NCBI GenBank assembly: GCA_043228905.1
Contig: JBHGNT010000013.1
Span: forward strand, 13,702,001-13,766,000
DNA from: Azolla caroliniana
Taxonomy: Eukaryota; Plantae; Polypodiophyta
Reading direction: 5' to 3'
Length of the DNA: 64,000 bases
In this document: positions 24,088 through 36,797 of the stretch, piece after piece
Position numbering within the stretch: position 1 is the first letter of the stretch
Layout: each line of letters opens with the position of its first letter
The notes under the pieces: model-generated
The model's database searches: none
The model's input: the letters and a program-made list of their open reading frames with translations, nothing else
What the model was told of the DNA's origin: nothing
Translations under genes and position numbers: made by a program

Positions 24088-24382
24088 TGATGCGAAAGAT
24101 ATATGTATTATATGACGGAAGATATACAACAGTAGTTAGAAGGCTTAAGACTGGCGTTGAACCGATTTGGTTCGAACTAATGCCTTGTGCCTCCTTTTAT
24201 AGTGTCTTCAGGAATACTCCTGAAGTTTCTAGAATGTTCCAGAGAAATCTGGAATATACATCAATTTCCCAATAAAACCTAAATGAAAATAATATCTTTC
24301 AAATTACAATTCATAACCTAATGGTAAAGTCTCGACCCGTGTAACAAAAGGTTATGGGTTCGAGTCTAGTTATGACAGTTTC

Positions 24383-26517
24383 TGGGTGCGTGTGCATTCT
24401 ATCACATATGGATTCCGCACTATGCACATATAGCGGACCCGCTCTATCACTTGTTGCGGAAAGGTAAGAAATTCGAGTGGAAACCGGAACACACTAAAGC
24501 CATGAGGAAGCTCAAGAAGACACTATGGAGGGCGGAATCACTTAAGAAGCCAAGCTACGAGCGGCCAATCATAGTAACGGTTGATACAAGTCCAACCGGT
24601 ATCGGGTGGGTCATCAATCAAGCCGACTCGGATGGTTCGCGGTATCCGATCCGATTTGGAGCAAAGGTCCTCAACGAAAGGCAACGCGGATATGCACAAG
24701 TCAAAAGAGAATTGTGGGGAGTCGTGTCGGCGATAAAATCGGATCGGGATTATTTGATCGGAGCTGAAGTGGTGATCGAGACGGATTGTCTTCCGATACT
24801 CGGGATGATGCGGTGTTGTACGATACCGGATGTGGCTATGCTAAGGTGGATTGCATATGTCAAGTCACTTAATCCGGAGGTTCGACACATCTCGGGGAAG
24901 GACAACGCGGTAGCGGACATGTTATCGAGGGCGCGGTTTGAAGACGACATAACCGAATCAGATAATGAAGAAGTTTCCGAAGACTACTTCGCGTCAGAAC
25001 ACATATGCCGAGTGAACGTGATCCGAGAATTCCGGGAAGAAGAATACGAGGGGGAAACCTTGATGATCGGGAAGATGCTACAAGAGGTCGAGGATTCAAC
25101 CAATGATAAAGAAAGGAGAGCCGAGATCCGAAGGAAGAAGAGACAAGTCCAAAAGTTCTTCTTGGAAAACGGTTTAATATGGAGGACGCCGAAAAGACCG
25201 GATGGGATACCACTTCGAGTAGTCGGGACGAAAGAGCAACGAAACCGGATAATGTCCGAGTTCCACGAATCCGATTGGGCTGGACATCGAGGAACATGGG
25301 CAACTTTTGTGAAAATCAAGCAAAGATATTGGTGGAAGAACATGTATAAAGATGTCGCGGAGTTCACAGAAAGCTGCGAGAAATGTCAAGTCTACTCCGG
25401 GGTCCGACACCGAGATGAGCTGCATCCGACATTCTCACCGACAATCAACTTCAAGTGGATGGTCGACATTGTAGCTATGCCGACCGGGATTGGACAAAAG
25501 AAATACTTGGTGTTAGCTCGAGAAGATCTCACAAACCAAGTTGAAGGTCGAGCGCTTCGGAGGAAAACGTGTGCCGCGGTGTGCCAATTTCTTTTGGAAG
25601 AAGTGTTTTGTAGGTACGGCTGCGTAGGACAAGTGATTGCGGACCGGGGAGAACTCGACTCGGACAAAGCTAGGGGATTCTTCGCCAAACATGGAGTTCG
25701 GTTAACGTTGACAACGGCCTACAATCCGGAGGCCAACGGGAAGATCGAACGAGGACATAGTCCGATCGTGAAAGCACTTGCGAAGGCATGCGACGGAAGG
25801 GTGAAGGATTGGCCACAAATGCTTCCGTATGCACTATGGGCGGATCGGACGACGCATAGCTCCGTGACCGGTTACATGCCGGCAGAACTCATGACCGGAC
25901 AAGCACCGGTAATGCCAACGGAAACCGCAATCGCGACATGGACAATACTACCGTGGAAGGAAGAGATGAGCCGGGAAGAACTACTAGCGGTACGGATACG
26001 ACAACTGGAGGGAAGACCGAAAGATGTAGCGGAAGCGTCACGCCGACAACAAGAAGCACGGTTCCGGAACAAAAGCCGGTTCGACACAAAGCACCGACTA
26101 CGACCGAGGAGGATTGAAGAAGGAGATTGGGTGATCGTCTATGATAGTAGCTTGGACCATCAACATACAACGATGCGGAAATTCGCGAAAAGGTGGTTCG
26201 GGCCGTACGAGGTTCGGAAGGTCTTCGACAATGGGACGTACCGACTGTCCGAGTTGGATGGAACAATACTACGAGTACCTATAGCCGGGAAGCGGACCGA
26301 CGACAAACCTTATGTGATCCAAGTCGAGGCCGACAACGAGGAGCAATCGGACGAAGACCACAATGATGCGGGAAGCGAAGAAAGTGGATTGCAACTCATA
26401 GTTGACATAAGGGGAGAATCGGAGGAAGCTTCGGATGAAGACGGATACGAAGAATCAAGAACTTCGGCACATACCGGAGGATGTGCGGGTTTGGAGGGGG
26501 CGAGTGTCGTAGTGTAG
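24383..26517 (+). CDS. pol: Phygy-1 Pol, RNase H-integrase part
   Basis: VDTSPTGIG, ETDC, H..H..C..C, WMVD and GKIERGH motifs. Acidic tail; the stop lies inside the 3' LTR. Confidence 0.92.
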
Positions 26518-28381
26518 GTTGCACACTATGTGGAAATTATATTTTTGTCCCTCCGGATAAAGAATGGAGTGCTCGGTGAGAACCGGAAGAAAACGGCATA
26601 CCGGCAAGGAGGAAAACGGCATACCGGCAAGGAAGAAAACGGCATACCGGCAAGGAAGAGCCGGATAAAGAGACATAAATGTAAAAAAAAAGGAAACACT
26701 CACTACTGCGCAGGGCGTGATTCGAACTCTGCACCTCCACGTTGACAAACCCCAACCTTACCTTTACATTAAATTATCTTAAGTGTTTTAAATATAGATT
26801 TAATATGTATAAGACCTTTATTTATGCATACCTTTATTAAAAGGTAAATCGTGTATTTCTTTAATATATGAAAAAGAAAAAAAAACACGAGACACTAAAA
26901 ATAACTCATGCACATCTAGCGTGCATGAGCCCTATACTTAGGAAATAAAAAAGCATCACATGCACATTTAGTGGACATGAACACTTTTTGTAAAAAGCAT
27001 GTAGCTATGCTTAGTCTCTCCCATCACTATATAAGGATGGGGAGCACATTGTAGTTGTTGTTGATTATTTGGATTACGTATTAATCAATACAAAAATTAT
27101 TCGTGGGATTCACGATTTATACATCTACTTCTCTCTTAACACCCTAAGTACCAATTAATATAGTATACTCGTGTGATTCACGAGTTTCTTATCTTTCTCT
27201 TTGCTATTTACTCTTAATTAATCTCTATCTCACGAACTTCTTTCTCCTAGTCCAAGACCTCTGTGGTTCCCACCCGACTCACGCAACGATCCGGAGCCGA
27301 AAGGCACGACAGCGCGCCTCGTCCCTCTCGGTCGGCATGTTTGCTCAATAGGCCCATCTCAGCACTCACGTTGCTATGACTCCGGCGCTTGCCGATCCGT
27401 CGGTTCTCCCACGATGGCATCGACTTCCGCTGTGTCCGTGTCCCCTTGGCCTTCAGTCGATCCGACTCATCCGGATCCATCTATTGATCCGAGTCAGCTG
27501 TCTCCGACTCGTTCTAGCTCTTGTCCGATTCGACTTCCGGCTTCAGGCCTCTCACCACATCGGACCATTTCCGAGTCTTGGCCTTCTCCATGCTTCCCTC
27601 AGCTTCTTCAGCCGGTGAACCGAAATCGAATTCTTCATTCGACTGCGCATCATGGTCAGTACCGTCGTGATGACCTCCGCACAGCATACACTTCTCTTCC
27701 TGAGTGCACAACTCTTCTTCACATCCGCTTGCTCCGACCTGTTCGGATGTGTCGACTTCCTTCGTCGACTCGGCTTCCTTCATCTTCTTGTCTCCTCTTC
27801 TTCCGGCTCTCCTCTTACCGACGGGTTCAACAATTTTTTGGCCTTTGTTACCCGGACCCGGACAGTCAGTTTTACCGAACAAGTGGGAAAGCGTCGAAAA
27901 CAGAGTCGGTTCGGATCGACTGTTCGGATCAATGACTCAGCAGTAAACGAAGAGAGCGTCGAAAACAGAGTCGGTTCGGATCGACTGTTCGGATCAATGA
28001 CTCAGCAGTAAACGAAGAGAACTAAGTTAGTTAGATAATTTTGTAAATCTTGATAGTAAGTAGGAATAGTTCTTGATGAGAAAAGACCTTTGGTATACGG
28101 TCTATAAAAGGGAACCGAAGGCATTGTAAGAAAGGTCGTTTTATTTAGTAATATAAGTTTAAGTTAGGAATATCTTGTACGGATTCTGTGTTCCTTCTAT
28201 TGTCTATGATCTTAAGTGCAAGCTTCCTAATTTATAACTAAGTAACGATCACGGTAATTACCGATTAATATAGTATAATTCCGTTCGTAAAACACAATTC
28301 CTTGTTAGAACGTTGAGTAGCGACGTTCACTCTTCTGTATCGGTAGTAGTTAGTAATTAGCCGATTAACACAGAAGAATTT

Positions 28382-28394
28382 TGGCACGCCCGGT
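28382..28394 (+). promoter_or_regulatory. PBS complementary to tRNA-Arg
   Basis: tggcacgcccggt resembles the Tat/Ogre tRNA-Arg PBS tggcacgcccagtggg (recall). It lies 11 nt from the LTR. Confidence 0.75.
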
Positions 28395-28429
28395 TACATC
28401 TGCAATTAAGCAGAGAACAATTCGAATGG

Positions 28430-31400
28430 ATGTCGTATGAAGAGGAGGCACCGGTCAGTTGTAAGCGCCCTCGTACAAGGTCAGTTACGAAGGTAGTACA
28501 GCAAGCGTTCATTGCGCAAGAACAGCCGGAATCAAGCACAAAGTGGTCGAAACTTCCTGACTTATCCGATCAATTACCTTCAGACGAAAAACAGACGGAA
28601 GAGGTATCGTTTTACGACATTTGGGACGATATGCCTTATACTTATTCTAAGTTCCGGGAAGGAACAGATGCGGAAGCACATGTTAGGGATTTCTTAACGA
28701 CATGGGAGATTAACCATGGAGCTCAGCGATTGTCGGCAGATGCCGAAGATAAGTCAAAAATCGCTGAGTTCGTCTTATCATTAGACGGATATTCCGCTAA
28801 TTGGTTTGCGCAGAATGGTCTTCAAGGATTTCCATCCTTTGAAGTGTTAACTAGTAAATTTTTACAATTATTTCATCAACAAATTCCGCAGAAGGATTTG
28901 ATTGCGCAATTTTATGCGCTATATCAAGAAAAAAATGAAACAGTATCTCAGTTTGTGATACGATTTCAGAACTTACAGCTTCAGATTTCAAGGCCGATTC
29001 CGGATAAGGAATTAAAAGAAGTCTTTCTAGAAGCTGTAAAAGAACCATTAAGGACGACATTGAAAGTATTCGATTTTCGAAATCAGACTATCGAACAAGT
29101 CATTGATAAAGCAATAGAAATGGGTCGACCACCGGTCAATGTTCAGAGTATGGACATGTCGGCATTACACCGTACATTACCAACAATAGAGGAGTTACAA
29201 TTTCGACAAGCAGTTCAATGCACCACTTGTTTAAATACGGGGCATTCGGCAATTGACTGTACGTTAAGAACACATTGTACAATATGTCATTCAAAATTAC
29301 ATTCCGTAGAACAATGTGAATATAATCTGCTTAATAAGACTACGGCGTCAGTACGACAAATTTTTACTGACAATGGTTACCAAAATAACACTAATCTGTT
29401 CAATGGTTATCAAAATAATAATTTTTCACAAAATCAGCAAAATGGTACAACAGAATCCGGTTCTACAGCCAAATCAGATCTTTTCACAACAAAATATGCA
29501 ACCCACTCAAGTGACTCAAGCATTTCAATCAGGTTTTGCTCAATCCAACCCACCATTCGTACAGAATCCGAATCAATATTTTCAACAAAATAATCAAAGT
29601 TTCCAACAAGGTAACCCATCATTTCAAGGGTTTCAACAGAACTGTCCGAATGTGCAACCGAATTCTACATTTCAACCAAATCCGGCATTTCAACCGGGTA
29701 ATATGACTTTTCAACATAATACTCAAACCGTTCCACAAAATAATCAAATGTTTCAACAGAGTAATTTTCCGCCAAATCAGGAGTTCGGGATACCACACAA
29801 TATAGCACAACCAAATGATAATACTGAACAATTTAGGCAGAATCGGTATAAAAACAAGAGATTTTACAAACCAAAAGCTACACGTCAATACCAACAAAAC
29901 CCGAATGGTAATGAAGAGCAGCAATTTAATAACGGGCAATTTGCACATGGAGAGACCAGTGCAACATTTGTGCCCACTTGTTACATTTGTCGACAACTAG
30001 GCCATTATGCTAATCAATGTCCGGTTAAAGGAAAGGGTCCAGCAGTTAATATGGTAATACCGGAAGTTCAGCAAGTAACGACACGCAGCAAAAGCAAACA
30101 ATCAGAGTGGGAAATTCAGGAAGAAGTTCGGAAGGCGGCAAAAGAATGGGTGGATGAAGCAAATCAAAGTAATGTGAATCGAATGTTACAAGACAATAAC
30201 ATTGACCAGGACATCGCTGTACAACAGTCATTGGGGAATAAGGAACAGGAAGAAACTTGGAAACTGTTGGCTGATTGCCAAGTGTCATTGCCACTTACGG
30301 GCTTACTTAAGTTAGTACCAAGGTTTACAGAAAAAGTGGCAGCATTAATTGCATATAAAGGTTCCGAACAAATAGCAGTACACTACAATCAGCCAAGTAA
30401 TAACCCTTCGATCATGGATGAACAGAATCCGTCGATTAAGGTAATACTTTACGGGCAAGAAATCGGAAATGTGATTATAGATGGAGGCTCGAGTGTTAAT
30501 GTGATTAACAAAACTACATGTGAAAAACTGGGAATCACGGAATGGGAAGCATGTCCGTTTTGGTTACGAATGGCAGATACAAGTACGGTACGACCGATTG
30601 GTTTGCTTCGACAACTGGATGTAATAATCGGGGGACACAGTTTTCAGATTTCGGCAGTAATTTTGCAGTTAGAAACACAGGGAGCATACCCCTTGTTATT
30701 GGGGAGACCATGGTTAAAGACAGCTAATATTAAACAAAATTGGAAACAAAATGTGCTAACATTTAGGAAAGGAAAAAATAAGGTCAGGATTCCGACGCAC
30801 AACAAAGTGACAACAAGCAAACAGAGTTTACCTGTACATGCAGAAGCAGTTAATATGATGGAAGGATTGGACGAGGAAGAAGAAAGTCAGTATTTTGATG
30901 ATAATCAAAAAATCATCCCTCTATTTGAGGTAGATATTTTGCAAGCATTAACACCATATGTAGACTCACACGAAGAAGTGCCAATCGATGAGCAAACAAT
31001 GAAAGAAATACGAATGCAACAAGAAGCTACAGATAAGGAAATGAAGGTATCTCAGAGAGTGCAAGCCTCAGCATTGGAGGAGATCGATTTGGCAGGAGTA
31101 GAGGATGCTGAAAGAAAAACAGTCTTGATTGCTAGGGATTTGACGGTAAATGACAAACGGACATTAACAACATTACTATTACAATATAAAGATGTTTTTG
31201 CATGGTCGTTTGACGATATGAAAGGTTTGGATCCCGCTTTTTGTCAACATCAAATCAATTTGCATAAAGATGCAAAGCCAGTACAACAACGCAGGTACAG
31301 GTTGAATCCGAATTATGCTATCAAAGTAAAAGAAGAAATCGATAAACTCTTAAAAGTAGGATTTATTCGACCCGTCAAAAAATCAACATGGCTGAGTCCG

Positions 31401-33923
31401 ATAGTAGTAGTCCCGAAAAAGAATGGGAAAATTCGCGTATGTGTGGATTACAGAAAATTGAATGCAGCGACAATTACGGATGCGTTTCCGTTGCCATTCA
31501 CAGATGGGATATTAGATGCAGTAGCGGGACATGAAATTTATAGTTTCTTGGATGAGTTCAGTGGGTACAACCAAGTACGGATGAATCCGGAAGATCAGGA
31601 AAAGACAGCTTTCGTCACAGAATGGGGTGTCTTTGTGGCAGTAGTCATGATGTTCGGTTTAAAAACAGCTCCAGCTACATTTCAGCGGGTAATACAGGAA
31701 ATATTCGGGGAATATATTCCAGCTTTCATGCAGGTGTTTTTAGATGATTTTGCAGTATATAGTCGGAAAGCTGATCATTTTGAGCATTTACGGCTATGTT
31801 TAGAAAAATGTCGAAAAGGGCGTCTTAGTTTAAATCCAGCCAAATGCACATTCGGAGTAATGAGTGGTACATTACTTGGGCATATTGTCAGTCAAGAAGG
31901 GATTGCAGTGGACCCAGACAAAGTTAAAGCAATTATTGAGGCAACACCACCAACAAATGCTAAAGCTCTAAGTAGATTTTTGGGTCAAATTCGGTGGCAC
32001 AGTAGAATGATGAGATATCTAGCAGACATTGCTATTCCGTTACACACAGCAGTACACAAAGTTCCTTTTATATGGACAAGTATAGAACAAGATGCATACG
32101 AATGTCTCAAGAAGATGCTGACGAAGGTTCCGGTAGTTCAACCACCGGACTGGAACAAACCATTTCATGTTTTCGTCGATGCGTCGGACATTGCCATAGG
32201 CAGTGCTTTAATGCAATTATCCGAACCAAACTGGTATAGGCCGGTATACTATGCCAGTAGGAAACTTTCGTCGGCCGAAAGAAACTATTCAACAACTGAA
32301 AGAGAAGCTTTGGGAATGATATATAGTGTGAACAAATTTCGACATTACCTTTTGGGTAAGAAATTTACATTTCATGTGGATCATTCGGCTTTACTGTATC
32401 TAGTTTCCAAACAAGAATTGACAGGCAAGTTAGCCCGATGGACGTTATTGCTTCAAGAGTTTGAATTCGACATTATACATCGACCAGGAGCACAGCACGC
32501 GATTGCTGACTATCTCAGTCGGCTTGAGTCTGGAGAAGAAGCGGTTGGGGTTAAAGATGATTTTCCAGATACTCAATTATTTCGGGTTGAGGCAGTAAAA
32601 GCACATGAAGTGAATGAGGAAAAAGAGGATGAATGGATTTCCGAAATGACGATATTTCTATCAACAGGAATTCCGGCCGAACACATGTCGACAGATGAAA
32701 GAAAAAGAATTGCAGTACGAAGTCGGAATTTTTGTTTATTTAATGACATGTTGTATCATAAAGGAGCGGATGGAATATGGCGAAGGGCAGTACGAAAATT
32801 TGAAAAATCAGCCATATTAACAGAGTCACATTGTGGAATTGCTGGCGGTCATTACGCAGGAGAAGCAACAGCCAGAAAAATATGGAATAGCGGGTTATGG
32901 TGGCCAACGGTGATGAAAGATGCTAACGAATACTGTAAGAAATGCGATTTGTGTCAAAGAATGGGGCAACCAACCGAAAAGGATCGAATGCCTTTTCAAC
33001 CGGTTTTACCTCTTGAGCCATTTCAGAAATGGGGCTTAGATTTTGTTGGCCCATTCAAACCAGCAGCTGCAAGAACCGGTAATCGATATATCATAATTGC
33101 GACTGACTATTGCACAAAATGGGTTGAAGCAAAAGCTCTCAGGGACAATACAGCAGCATCCACAGCAAAATTCCTGTATGAGAATATATGGTGTCGATTC
33201 GGTTGCCCAATAGAATTGGTAAGCGATCAAGGCACTCATTTTATTAACAGGTTAATTAACGAATTAACCAATTACTATGCCGTAGTTCATAAGAAAAGTA
33301 CGCCTTACTATCCCCAAGCTAATGGATTGGCAGAATCGACAAATAAAACAATTCAAACAATTTTAAAGAAGATAGTGAATGAAAATCGTACTGATTGGGA
33401 TCAAAAGTTAAATAGTGCATTATGGGCATATCGTACTTCGTACAAAACATCCATTAAATCAACACCTTTCCGAATGGCATTCGGACTCGAAGCCGTTATG
33501 CCGATCGAATTTCAAATTCCGACACTTCGTATCCAAGCAACAAATAAGTTAAATGAAATAGAATCGGAGCAGATACACAAAGAGGCTTTATTAGTATTAG
33601 AAGAAGAACGGATTCAATCAATGTCAGCACTAGAACACAAGCAGAGACAAATCAAGGCATTCGTAAATCGACATCGAAGGAAATCGGAAGAGCAATTCGA
33701 AATTGGGAAACCGGTATTGGTATTCCAGACGAGAATGGGACTTATGCCTAGGAAACTCCGGTATAGATGGACAGGTCCAGTATGGATAATTAATAGTAAA
33801 AATGGTACGTACCAGCTGGGATCATTAACCGGAGAGGTTTTACCGAAATGGGTAAATGGATTTCGGCTTAAACCGTATTTGGGAGATATGCCGGTAAATC
33901 CGTTTATTCAAACGGAAGAGTAA
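28430..33923 (+). CDS. gag-pol: Element O Gag-Pol with a single +1 frameshift at the AAAA run 29439-29442
   Basis: Gag core, three CCHC knuckles, a Q/N-rich linker, IIDGGSS protease, FLDD RT, VDASD RH and integrase. Removing one A joins the two ORFs (QNQQMVQQNP). Confidence 0.9.
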
Positions 33924-34136
33924 AAATAAAAAAAATAAAAAAAAATAAAAAAAAACTAACTAACTCACTCAATAGTTCTTGTCAAATGCAGAAATACAAT
34001 CTTGCCATAACAGTATGAATCGACTATAAATAGAAAGAGGAATTGCATGATTATTAGTAAGAAGTACAACCACTACACGTAGAGTGAATACTAATTAATT
34101 CCTACATTAATAGCAATTACTATTCTTTAAGTCATC

Positions 34137-36797
34137 ATGCATAAGTTAATATCTTTAAAGCATATTTCTGTATCGTCTGTGTCGCCAAAACAACAGAAAC
34201 GAGTGCAGATATCGAAACAGTCTGAGCCTCCTTCGTGCCCTAGTTTGCCCAAACTCTGTTTTTCTGATTTTCATCGCTACAGAAACTGTGCAGATCTGCA
34301 ACTGTCATCGACAAGTGATTCAGAACAAGGAAACACAGAAGTCATGCCGATTCCTGTATCTGAAGAACTGCGATTGTGGCTTCATGAGAGAAACTTACAA
34401 GGTTTCATCAAAGTAGCAGAAGCGGAACCTCATCCGCAGGCGGAAGAATTGGTACAACAAATAGACATCACCAAAATCACCACAAAGAAAATACGAAATG
34501 CATTACAGATGCCAAGAGGAGGCTTTGAGGCAGTTAAAAAACCTTCATCAGAAGCACTCCAATCGTATTTCGGGGAATACTCACCCTCGGCAAAAGCATA
34601 TCAAACTTATGGAGGTCGGGATGAGTTTTTTCATGAAGTGGCTAGATTTTTATTAGAGGTGGGATTTGTCAGTCCTCGTTTTTATTGTATGCCGAAAAAA
34701 AGGGCTGGGTTTATCATAGCCGCATACGAAAAAGAGGATTTCAACTGGCCACTATTGTCGGGGGAAGCTCTGAGAGAGCAACTACAAGGGGTAAAAACAG
34801 GAAAACCGATGAAGCAAATTTTTGGTCGTTGGTTATCGGTATTGTTTCCGATTCAAGAATCGGAAACTCCTGTTCAGTCAAGAAGACCACCGATAGTACA
34901 AGCACCACGAAGACACCGACAGGTAGTACATGAAGAATGGATAGAAGAAGAATCGGCACATGCCGATAATATACAAACGAATATTGCTCAGTCGGAACCA
35001 CCAAGACCAGAGAATTCCGAAAACAGGCAACCGGCAGCCGAACAAGAAACAGTTGACAATTTGATAAACAAGCAACAGCCGACAGAAAATCGACAACAAG
35101 CAGAGAAGATGCGACAAAGGACATGGATTAAACAAAAGGCTAATCGGCAATTCCAACCAGAAAACAGTGAGGGATCAGCACCGAAAAGGCAACGCACAAA
35201 TGAAAATTCGAATACGCCTGTGGTAACAGAAGTACTAAAACCAGGGAATGAGAGCGTTTCGACACAACCTCACCAAGGACAATCTTCAAAAGTAGCAATT
35301 CGGGAAGCACATGGGTACTTGGATATCCCACCAGCAGCACATGAATTAGCTGCCATTTTACAGTTCGGAACTTCATACGAACTGGTTGAATGGTTGGCTA
35401 AAAGACTGACAGAAGTATTAGAACGGCTGGCTCAAGAACATAATGACCGAATAATGATACAGAAAGCCTTATGAGGAGTGTTGGAACCTCAAGAAAAAGC
35501 AGAGATAGAGAAAATAGGCCGGAAAAGAAGTGCACAGCATAGAGGGGAGGCTATTGAAATGCCACCATTACATGAAGCACTGGTCGAAATTCATAAAGAA
35601 TATGAAACGGCACGCAAAGCAGCCAGTGATATGGCTGAAAGATACAAAAGTGTATCAGCATCGGCGGAGGTGCTGAAACATCAGTTTTGTAACATACAGG
35701 CAGAAAATAAAGAACTAAAGGAAAGTCTAAACAAATGGGAAACACAGGCACGGCTTATGGTGTCGGAGTCAGAATGGCAGCAGAAATTGGAGGACGCTGA
35801 GAAAGCACGTCAAGCAGAAACAACAAGGGCCAACAATGCTGTATTTCGAACTACAGAATTAGAAAAACAAATAGAAACCATTCAGAATGGTCAATACAAA
35901 GTTCTCGAAGAAAAAAATCAAGTAATAAACGAATTACAGAAAAATCTAGAAGAAGCTAAGACGGCCAATCATACATATACCGAACAAATTGAAGAATTCG
36001 AAAGGTATATAGTGTCACAGGAAAGTCAATTGACAGAAAAAGAGCGGAGTCTTGAAGAAGTCAACAGAAGAATGACGGAACAGCAGGAGGAATGGAGTAA
36101 AGAGAAATCGGCATTCGAACAACAACTGGACGAAATTCGGAAGATATCGGAACAAAGACGGCTGGATATATATGTAGTCGAATCCAAACTAATGCGAGCT
36201 GAAAGTGAGAACCGAACCACTATTACGGATTTACAGAAAGAGTTGCAGACCGCCCAATACGTCGCAAGCATCACTAGGGACAAAGTGCAGCACATCATAG
36301 GGAAACATCGAAACCTAGCAAAGAAAATGATCGATGAATCCCTTGCGCAAGGATGGAAGTTATGGACAGCACAAGCGGCGGAATTACAGTTATTGCGTGC
36401 CGACAAAAATAACCGTCAGGTCCAAGGTGCAGGTTTTTTTAAAATGGCACAAAAGGATATTGACAATATCCAAGAGGATATCATGAAAGATATGGACGAA
36501 ATTGCGGCATTTTACAGAGAAGAAATTCAACGTATTATGCAAGAATTCGACAAAAATGATATAGGCACTTCCGTCCAGTTGGATAAAATCGAAGCCGAAA
36601 GAACCAGCAAGACTCCTGGTCTTCAAGCTTCCGGAAAAAGTGAACCACAGCAGTCAACCGAATCAAAACCTGCTCCGAAGGACGACTGTGACACAGATGA
36701 AGATGAAGAGGAAGATATAGGTGGAATACATCCAAGGCCAGATGAGCCTTCGATTTTTGATATTCTGAACGATTCGGATGAAGAGCTACAGGAATAG
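34137..36797 (+). CDS. Element O extra ORF (about 820-885 codons, one in-frame TGA at 35472): globular N-domain, disordered linker, long coiled coil, acidic tail
   Basis: ORFs 34137-35474 and 35478-36797 are in the same frame and lie between pol and the 3' LTR. Confidence 0.8.

Larger units (their letters stand above)
18638..24377 (-). mobile_element. Tcn1-like chromovirus (Tcn1-1), apparently intact
   Basis: LTRs 23919-24377 (5') and 18638-19084 (3') differ by 2 substitutions plus (GA)n length. TSD gtttc, PPT 19085-19098, no tRNA PBS. Confidence 0.97.
14307..27311 (+). mobile_element. Phygy-like non-chromovirus Ty3/Gypsy (Phygy-1)
   Basis: 807-bp LTRs 14307-15113 and 26505-27311 with 1 difference seen. 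4-bp TSD gcgc, PPT ggagggggcgag at 26493-26504. Confidence 0.95.

Noticed and set aside
18638-24377. Age paradox: nested Tcn1-1 LTRs (2 differences) more diverged than host Phygy-1 LTRs (1 difference)
   Set aside because: The counts are too small to be significant.
29439-29442. Programmed +1 frameshift in element O
   Set aside because: It would cut Gag before its last knuckle, and a one-base A-run expansion explains it simply. Other copies are needed to exclude it fully.
34137-36797. env gene / endogenous retrovirus
   Set aside because: No signal peptide or transmembrane segment is visible; the protein is hydrophilic and coiled-coil.
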